DNA of 64,000 nucleotides from an uncultured virus (IMG/VR IMGVR_UViG_3300010158_000044). Taxonomy: Duplodnaviria > Heunggongvirae > Uroviricota > Caudoviricetes. The stretch lies in IMG/VR virus record IMGVR_UViG_3300010158_000044. One strand, written 5' to 3'. Every line of letters begins with the position of its first letter. The first letter of the stretch is position 1. The notes beneath the pieces are model-generated. The model had not been told where the DNA came from, made no database searches, and saw only the letters and a program-made list of their open reading frames with translations. The position numbers were made by a program, and so were the translations under genes. Of the stretch, positions 57,910 to 64,000 are shown piece after piece.

Positions 57910-58071
57910 GTGTCAGAAGAGCAAGATATCAATCCAGACCTATTCGATGAAGATTTTGAAGCAGAGCTTGAGGATGGCTTTGAAGACTTTGATTTCGATG
58001 AGGAAGATCTAGAAGATCTAGAGGATTCAATTGTTGATGATGAGCCAGAGGCTGACGAAGACCTCGCATAA
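57910..58071 (+). CDS. 53-aa extremely acidic protein
   Basis: read manually; TAAGGAG RBS, GTG start; 29 of 53 residues D/E, no K/R/H. Confidence 0.75.
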   Translation: MSEEQDINPDLFDEDFEAELEDGFEDFDFDEEDLEDLEDSIVDDEPEADEDLA

Positions 58072-58089
58072 ACGGCCAACACAAACATT

Positions 58090-58124
58090 AAGCCCCCCGA
58101 CCATAATGGCCGAGGGGCTTTTTG
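58090..58124. terminator. terminator at convergence of the two genome arms
   Basis: AAGCCCC..CCAT-a-ATGG..GGGGCTT-TTT. Confidence 0.8.
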
Positions 58125-58131
58125 TTTGAGA

Positions 58132-58344
58132 TTATTCGGCTATTAACTTACCGTTACCAGAGCGTAGTTCATAGAACGTAGAGCTACTCTCTTCAGTTTG
58201 TTCCTGGGCATCATCAAGATCATCTATATAGATATCCTCTGTTAAAAGATTTTCATAGATTTCAATTGCGTGGTTATCATCATCCGCTATGAATGATAAT
58301 ACTCCTGCCCTACTACTATCGAATATAACGCTATAACGTGCCAT
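58132..58344 (-). CDS. small acidic hypothetical protein
   Basis: GGAGG RBS. Confidence 0.6.
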   Translation of the reverse strand: MARYSVIFDSSRAGVLSFIADDDNHAIEIYENLLTEDIYIDDLDDAQEQTEESSSTFYELRSGNGKLIAE

Positions 58345-58528
58345 CTTTGTCCTCCATTTCCATTTCTATTTGGTCATATGCATCAGCAGCTAGGAGATAG
58401 TTAGCTCCCGCCTCATCATCACAGTCTTCACAAGGTTGTACATCCCATTCTTCTGTGTTACCAAAGAATAGATATCCCCTGCCATGGCAGTTACTACATG
58501 TCAGGGGTTTAACTGTTTCCATATCCAT
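58331..58528 (-). CDS. small zinc-finger protein
   Basis: CSNCHGRG...PCEDC. Confidence 0.6.
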   Translation of the reverse strand: MDMETVKPLTCSNCHGRGYLFFGNTEEWDVQPCEDCDDEAGANYLLAADAYDQIEMEMEDKDGTL

Positions 58529-58818
58529 TATGCTCTCTCGTCTACCTTATAGGTTAGTTCGCCAGTTAAATGAGACGGCTTACCTAGTGGAGTTGTAGCT
58601 TGAACTACCATCTTAATAGACTTGCGTGGTGTGAATCTGATTACGAACTGCTTTAGATAGCGTTTAGCAGCAGATGGGTTAGCCCATGCTGTAAAGCTAT
58701 CTGTTATGGTGGTGTCTTCTTCTGTTACTGTTATATGTAGTAACCATGCTCCACCTTTTTCTACGATGACGTTCTTATTTAGATCTGCTTTTAGCATTTG
58801 TGATACTTTTTTATCCAT
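58528..58818 (-). CDS. hypothetical protein
   Basis: AGGAG RBS; AW.N.SAAKR. Confidence 0.6.
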   Translation of the reverse strand: MDKKVSQMLKADLNKNVIVEKGGAWLLHITVTEEDTTITDSFTAWANPSAAKRYLKQFVIRFTPRKSIKMVVQATTPLGKPSHLTGELTYKVDERA

Positions 58819-58829
58819 TTGTTGCTCTC

Positions 58830-59069
58830 CTATAGTTTTATGTTTGACTCAAAGCCTACCTTCTTTAGGTCTCTGAGTATATTTTTTCCTGCTCTAAAGT
58901 CTCCTAAGGACTGTTGTCCAAAGAATACCACTTGTTTGGTGTCACTATTGACCACTTTTATGTGGTGCTTGCCTGGCGTTATTGAGACGTCAAGGCCAGC
59001 ATCCTCTAGAGCAGAGATCAGTTTTCGCATTTGTTTATCCTTCAATTGAAAGTTAGCAAATTCGAACAT
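58830..59069 (-). CDS. HicA-like toxin/RNA-binding protein
   Basis: RKLI.AL...G..V....GKHHIKV...S.GD.RA.KN...DL...G; AGAAAGGA RBS. Confidence 0.7.
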   Translation of the reverse strand: MFEFANFQLKDKQMRKLISALEDAGLDVSITPGKHHIKVVNSDTKQVVFFGQQSLGDFRAGKNILRDLKKVGFESNIKL

Positions 59070-59168
59070 TGGATATCCTTTCTAGTGTGTAAGGTATACT
59101 AAAGGTGCTAGCTCTAAGTACGACAGAGTTATCACCCTCAGTTGAGTACCCCGGACATGCGCCCGGGG

Positions 59169-59378
59169 TTACTCTTCTATTATGTGTATGTGTTTAATAA
59201 CTGCACCTTCGCCTGGTGAATCTAATGCATTAACCTGGATCCATTCTTCTTTGTTGCGGTCATACACATATAGACACCATTCTCGGTTTTCTATTTGTTC
59301 TTGATCTCCAATACGCCACTTGGCAATAGTTACCTCATAGAGTATTTTGAGTTTTGTTGTTAACTTGTCATTGGACAT
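59169..59378 (-). CDS. hypothetical protein
   Basis: GGAG RBS. Confidence 0.55.
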   Translation of the reverse strand: MSNDKLTTKLKILYEVTIAKWRIGDQEQIENREWCLYVYDRNKEEWIQVNALDSPGEGAVIKHIHIIEE

Positions 59379-59415
59379 TTTCTCCCATTTCTGCTGATGT
59401 TTGTGTTGGGCGATG

Positions 59416-59640
59416 TCACAGTATCAGTGCGGCATTTATTTCATCTTCTTCGGTTTCATTATATATGTCTCCTACTTCAGCCCATCCAGCGTTAAAGTCC
59501 TCACGCCATTTGGCTGAGTTCTCATCCATAATCTGTTCTTCAGCAAGAGCTTTAGCTTCAGCTTCGGATGATGCTGTAATGAATGAGTCATATATCCTAT
59601 GTTCATGGATTGTTACTCTATACATATTTCTATCTACCAT
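59416..59640 (-). CDS. small acidic hypothetical protein
   Basis: TAATG-coupled; Y.V.I.E......I.A.S..EA...A. Confidence 0.6.
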   Translation of the reverse strand: MVDRNMYRVTIHEHRIYDSFITASSEAEAKALAEEQIMDENSAKWREDFNAGWAEVGDIYNETEEDEINAALIL

Positions 59641-60092
59641 TATTCCACCCCCTTTGTTGTTACTCGGAATGACCCATCTGGCATAGGCCATTTGTATGGC
59701 AAGTCATCTTCTACCTCAAAGTCATAATGCTCTGGAAGCTTACGCTTTAAGTTAGATTGATGACTCTTATGAAACTCTTCTGCTCCTAACCACCAAGGTT
59801 TCTTGATAGCTACAAGCTTATGTTGTTTCATAAGTTCGATTATTTGCCCCCTCATATTATCTACGAACCCACGCTTTGACCACTCATTACACATAGTGAT
59901 AGCATAGGCAGCTAGCATACCTTCGTTACCACGCCACATTACAGCAGCAGGGTGATTGCGCCATCCCTCAGTTAGACCCAGGTTGGCCTTGAGTATTTGA
60001 AACGCTTCTACACGTTGCTTACCCAATCTCCTATCGTCTAAGGATTCCGCTACTTGCACGAAGTCTGCATACGGTAGAAATGTATTTACCAT
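59640..60092 (-). CDS. pyrimidine dimer DNA glycosylase (MSMEG_6728/DenV-like)
   Basis: TFLPY.DF...A..LD.RRLGKQRVEA.QIL, W.NHPA..MW.G, PWWLG...H.SH.SNL.RK. Confidence 0.9.
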   Translation of the reverse strand: MVNTFLPYADFVQVAESLDDRRLGKQRVEAFQILKANLGLTEGWRNHPAAVMWRGNEGMLAAYAITMCNEWSKRGFVDNMRGQIIELMKQHKLVAIKKPWWLGAEEFHKSHQSNLKRKLPEHYDFEVEDDLPYKWPMPDGSFRVTTKGVE

Positions 60093-60406
60093 GGTGCGCT
60101 CCAAGCGTTTAGGTTACATGATGTACAACGGACTTGATAGTCCTCTTCCATTACCTCCCACTCAAAATGTTTACACATTTGGTGTTCAGGTTTTAGCGAG
60201 TCCTCTTTCAATATAAATGGGTAACCAGGCGGCCAATCTGACTCATCTGGATCCACATCATATTGATAGTACTCACCCGCTAATTCTTCTGGAGTAAATT
60301 CTTTAATCATCTCCCCTGCTACTTGTCTAGCAGACCTGAGTGCCTGTATAGATACTCCAGCTTTTTTTGCTGTTAGATATTCTTCGAAGTTAAACACTTC
60401 TCCCAT
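60086..60406 (-). CDS. hypothetical protein
   Basis: ORF track; C.H...C..C. Confidence 0.55.
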   Translation of the reverse strand: MGEVFNFEEYLTAKKAGVSIQALRSARQVAGEMIKEFTPEELAGEYYQYDVDPDESDWPPGYPFILKEDSLKPEHQMCKHFEWEVMEEDYQVRCTSCNLNAWSAPW

Positions 60407-60597
60407 TACATTACCGCTTCCATTAATAGGTGATTATCCATTGCCCATTCCTGTGGTTCAGAGATGGATTCGATTGTTAGATTGGCGCCACCATCAATCA
60501 TGGCATCTGAAGCATGCAGTATGAACATCTCTGCACTTTCATAGTCATTGAATGGCCCTATAAGTGTTTCTGTGACATTGTCATATACTGTGTACAT
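60406..60597 (-). CDS. hypothetical protein
   Basis: AAGGAGG RBS; IGPF...ESA..F. Confidence 0.6.
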   Translation of the reverse strand: MYTVYDNVTETLIGPFNDYESAEMFILHASDAMIDGGANLTIESISEPQEWAMDNHLLMEAVM

Positions 60598-60619
60598 TTT
60601 TCCTCCTTGTTTGTGTTGG

Positions 60620-62515
60620 TTAAGCGCTTCTACGCTTTTTGATTGCACCCATTACTACCGCTTTGGCAAATGGGATTAGATCACGGGCAGAGTTGATACG
60701 CCCATAGATTTCAGCTTCATGGCGAAAACTATTATCGCTTTCTCCACGTTCTGTATACCACGTGTAATCTCGATCACGCATGATTAGAGTCATCGCAGTT
60801 AGAATGCCACGCTTACTAATACGTTGTATAACCTCGTCATTTCTTTCGTGGTTAAACGCACCATCAGTAATGATAAACAGCATTTTGTTCTTCTTACGAG
60901 AAGACATGAGAAGCTGTTCAGCAGCAATCAGTGAGCCATATGGATTGGTACCTCCATTGCCATATATAAACTTAAAGCGTGTTTTGTGAGCACGCTCTGT
61001 ACGTTTGTAGGCAATCTCGGTTTTATCATCGAATGCGTACACCGTTACCGGTGCATCGATAGCCTCAAGAGCACGCTTGATAGTCCAGCATGCTAAGGAT
61101 GCGCTACGATCATTTTGGTCACTGCTCATAGAACCGGATCGATCAACTAAGATCACCGCTTCTACATCAGCACCATCGTTACCCTCTTCCCAACGGTCAA
61201 AGGCTTCGTCTACTTCACATCCATTGATAACACGTTGGACATTTAGCTTACCACTTGGTACGCCTTTGTTCCAACCTGGCTCACACTCATCACGTAAGCG
61301 CTCAAGCTCTCTAGCAAAAGCACGATACATAACGACTGTGTCATTAGGAACATCGGTGAGGTCGAATTTGCCATCCTTAGTAGACTCATCGAACTTACCA
61401 TCACCACCAACGATTACTCGTTGCTTGGCTTTGATATCCTGTTGAACTGCTTTGTTAGCATAGACCTCATCAATTGCATTGTTTAATGCATTATTGATAT
61501 TGTCTGGAATACCACCCTTACTCTCATGATGTCCTTTACCAGGATCAATAGATGGTGGTGCATCTTGCTGTGCTTTCTGAAGCATGTCACGTATTGCTAG
61601 TGCTTCTGCTGCGCTTTGTGGTGCCGGTATGTTGAGGCCCTCATCGCTGGCATCGGGTTTGTTTGTGTTGGCGTTGTCTTCCTTAGTTTTAGGCTTAGGC
61701 ATATACACTGACTCTGCTTTACCCATATTACTTGCACGTTGTGAGTCTTTCTCTTGCATCTTGCCAGGCTCAGGACGACCCTTAGCCATTGGATCACGGC
61801 TACCGCAAGCATTAGGACCACCCGATATGTCTGGGAACTCTTTGCGTATAGGCTTGAGCACCTCATCATTAAAGCGTTCGATAAGTATTTGTGCTTTCAT
61901 GTAGTCCCTAGGGAATGCAAGTAAGCGATACTGATCCACGATATCCATGATGTTAGGTATAAGTTCGGGGAATGCAAACGCATCTCGATACGCTTCCCGA
62001 ATCTCTACCGGTAGATATCTGCGACCACGTACTAGCATGTAAGCGCCAGAGGTTTCCTCTGGTGTTTCACCTAGCCATCTAGCCACAGTACCAATTAGAT
62101 ATGGAGCAACAGCTGGATACCTAGCACATAGTAATGTCTCAATGCGCTGGTCTTCCAACATGTTGGTAGCCTCCATATAATCATTTTGTAGAACCCATTT
62201 GATCAGTTCTGTACCCTTGCGAGGCGTATAGAAATGATGGGCTAGCTCATGATAGTTCAGGCCCGTCACCTGAGTTAGTGTTTCCATATCCATCTCAGAT
62301 ATTTCTTCTTGATTGATATAGATTGCGGCACCGTCAGACCAAGCGGGCGCAGGCCCACCAGCCATTACGTTGACGATTAGTGGATCACCTGTAAGAACAC
62401 GATCTGCTTGTTCATACACACGACAAAGAGCACCTAATTGAATGATGCGTTCTTGTTCTAGTTCTGAACGAGCGTCTCCTCCCCACGGTGAGTCATCTAC
62501 TTCATCTATAAGCAT
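60620..62515 (-). CDS. vWA domain protein with N-terminal HExxH metallopeptidase-like domain (CobT-like)
   Basis: YHELAH, NMLEDQRIE, SGKLN, LVDRSGSM (MIDAS), GGT, IITDG. Confidence 0.88.
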   Translation of the reverse strand: MLIDEVDDSPWGGDARSELEQERIIQLGALCRVYEQADRVLTGDPLIVNVMAGGPAPAWSDGAAIYINQEEISEMDMETLTQVTGLNYHELAHHFYTPRKGTELIKWVLQNDYMEATNMLEDQRIETLLCARYPAVAPYLIGTVARWLGETPEETSGAYMLVRGRRYLPVEIREAYRDAFAFPELIPNIMDIVDQYRLLAFPRDYMKAQILIERFNDEVLKPIRKEFPDISGGPNACGSRDPMAKGRPEPGKMQEKDSQRASNMGKAESVYMPKPKTKEDNANTNKPDASDEGLNIPAPQSAAEALAIRDMLQKAQQDAPPSIDPGKGHHESKGGIPDNINNALNNAIDEVYANKAVQQDIKAKQRVIVGGDGKFDESTKDGKFDLTDVPNDTVVMYRAFARELERLRDECEPGWNKGVPSGKLNVQRVINGCEVDEAFDRWEEGNDGADVEAVILVDRSGSMSSDQNDRSASLACWTIKRALEAIDAPVTVYAFDDKTEIAYKRTERAHKTRFKFIYGNGGTNPYGSLIAAEQLLMSSRKKNKMLFIITDGAFNHERNDEVIQRISKRGILTAMTLIMRDRDYTWYTERGESDNSFRHEAEIYGRINSARDLIPFAKAVVMGAIKKRRSA

Positions 62516-62524
62516 TTAACCTCC

Positions 62525-63913
62525 TTATACTAGTTGTTTAGCCCATTCTTCCAGGCGTTGGTCAATGCTTGCATCTGCAGGATGCTCTGTTACTTCACCA
62601 GTATCTAGACCAAAGTCAGTCTTGATGTTGTACTCATGAGTCTGGAAGACCATGCGTACGCTGGCTTGCTCATCTGTACTAAAGTGAGCGATAAAGTTCT
62701 CTGCTGCAAACTCATAGCCAAGATCGTCTACAAGCTTAGTGAACTCCATACCCATATTGGTAGAGATTGGTGTTTCATATTGACCTTTAGCAGCCTCTAC
62801 ACGAAGTTGCTTCATCAATATGCGAAGAGCCTTAGAACCAATCAACTTCTCCTCAACAGCATCGTCATAATCCCAAGGGATTTGAATGTCGAAGCGATTG
62901 CGGAACGCAAAGTTGAGCGGCGTGGTGCCGATATAATCTGGATTCATAGTAGCAAAGATAGTAAGGTCTGGATGAGCCTCAATAGTCTCGCCGTGATGAT
63001 CGAGCAATATAATATTGCGACGACCATCGGTCAATGAATACAGATTGGTATAGATCTTAGGATTGATGAAGTTAACCTCATCAAGCAAAAGAACGCCACC
63101 ATTGCGAACTACGTCAGTTACTGGACCATCAATCCACATGAATGCACCTTCTCCATCGGAGACGAATTTTCCAGTCATTTGACTTGGCTCCATTGATGCA
63201 TTACCAGAGATTGATGCCATACGTAAGCCACGCTCTGAGGCCCACGCTTCAACTGATGTAGTCTTACCAGGGCCAGTTGGGCCATAGATAAGCACGTTGA
63301 TACCTTCAGCACGTGCGTGGTCATAGACTTTGAAGTCTTCCACGCCCCACACCTTGCGATGTACATAGCGCTCAGCTAATTCCTTGCGTGGAACTGTTGC
63401 AAGATTTACGCTAAACACTTTGCCACCGGATGATACTGATGTGTTGTCCATTGTTTGTGTTGGCACAGGAACTACCAACGGGACTGTTGCACCAGCTTGA
63501 CGACGATTATCTATTACATATGTTTCCAATGTGTCATCTCCAATTAGTGTTTGGTCATACAGTTCATAGAGTTTATCTAAGAACGGTGTTGTATCTGTAT
63601 TAGGTTCAGCCTTAGCATGCTGATTACATGCTTTAGTTCCCAATACAGGAGAATAGCCTTTGTCTGCAATTGCCTTCTCATCTGCTGCCGTAACATATAC
63701 GCCAACAGGGGTCCGTGTCAATTGCTCATTGCTATCAATCATGTTCACGAATTGATCTACGTGAGCATCCTCCCACTTATTGTGTGGACCTTTGCTACCA
63801 TCAGTCATTCGAGACCAGATTCTGACTCCACCTTCATGCGGGGACATAAGGATTTGACGTCGCTTAGCACCCATACTTGGTTCGTAAGACTCGGTGAATA
63901 CTGCTATCTCCAT
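62525..63913 (-). CDS. MoxR/CbbQ/CobS-like AAA+ ATPase
   Basis: GPTGPGKT, W.DGP, LLLDEVN, ATMNP.Y.GT..LN.AFRNRF; AGAAAGGA RBS. Confidence 0.92.
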   Translation of the reverse strand: MEIAVFTESYEPSMGAKRRQILMSPHEGGVRIWSRMTDGSKGPHNKWEDAHVDQFVNMIDSNEQLTRTPVGVYVTAADEKAIADKGYSPVLGTKACNQHAKAEPNTDTTPFLDKLYELYDQTLIGDDTLETYVIDNRRQAGATVPLVVPVPTQTMDNTSVSSGGKVFSVNLATVPRKELAERYVHRKVWGVEDFKVYDHARAEGINVLIYGPTGPGKTTSVEAWASERGLRMASISGNASMEPSQMTGKFVSDGEGAFMWIDGPVTDVVRNGGVLLLDEVNFINPKIYTNLYSLTDGRRNIILLDHHGETIEAHPDLTIFATMNPDYIGTTPLNFAFRNRFDIQIPWDYDDAVEEKLIGSKALRILMKQLRVEAAKGQYETPISTNMGMEFTKLVDDLGYEFAAENFIAHFSTDEQASVRMVFQTHEYNIKTDFGLDTGEVTEHPADASIDQRLEEWAKQLV

Positions 63914-64000
63914 TGTGTTCCTTTCTAGTTGTAGTTTTCTTCGTCACGAAGAACTTGTCTTTGCATGACGACTGCTGCTTCATACATTGCTACCTTTTGT

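Noticed and set aside
60620..63913. Cobalamin biosynthesis (CobS/CobT) auxiliary genes supporting the B12-dependent RNR
   Set aside because: No CobN or other cob genes; a generic MoxR-vWA pair explains the motifs
1..64000. tRNA or tmRNA genes
   Set aside because: Intergenic gaps are short and I found no cloverleaf with T-loop GTTCRA and acceptor stem; a tRNAscan/ARAGORN run would be definitive
1..64000. Stop-codon reassignment
   Set aside because: Conserved genes are full length in the standard code and TAA, TAG and TGA all terminate genes at coupled junctions

Overview
The whole window is part of a tailed dsDNA phage genome with a contractile tail (myovirus type). The host is very probably an actinobacterium: there are two WhiB genes, a BldC-like regulator, an MSMEG_6728-type glycosylase and many TANNNT-N6/7-ATG leaderless starts. 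Plus strand, 1-58071: tail-fibre/accessory genes (1-6.4 kb); neck gene and tiny basic proteins; tail sheath, tube, chaperone, tape measure with M23 peptidase, and baseplate (8.3-27.3 kb); a replication/recombination module (27.6-43.4 kb: initiator, DnaC-like loader, DnaB, primase, dNMP kinase, SNF2 helicase, SSB, PolA, RecA, Cas4-like and resolvase nucleases); SpoVS; a phosphoesterase; a lysis cassette; a block of unknown genes; a nucleotidyltransferase / HAD-like / TGT-like trio; and a class II ribonucleotide reductase. After a convergent terminator at about 58.1 kb the genes run on the minus strand (HicA-like, pyrimidine-dimer glycosylase, vWA + MoxR ATPase). No capsid, portal, terminase, integrase, tRNA or CRISPR array was recognised. 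Best leads: (1) the NTase + degenerate HAD + degenerate TGT/DpdA trio; (2) a 10-Cys mirror-ladder insert in a tail protein with a linked putative maturation cassette; (3) a TTT_CGC_TAA +1 frameshift candidate in the tail chaperone; (4) a baseplate gene split by a foreign tail-fibre cassette; (5) a hairpin displaying an anti-Shine-Dalgarno sequence ahead of polA; (6) a domain nested inside a copy of itself in the sheath. All family calls come from motif recognition by eye; no database searches were run.
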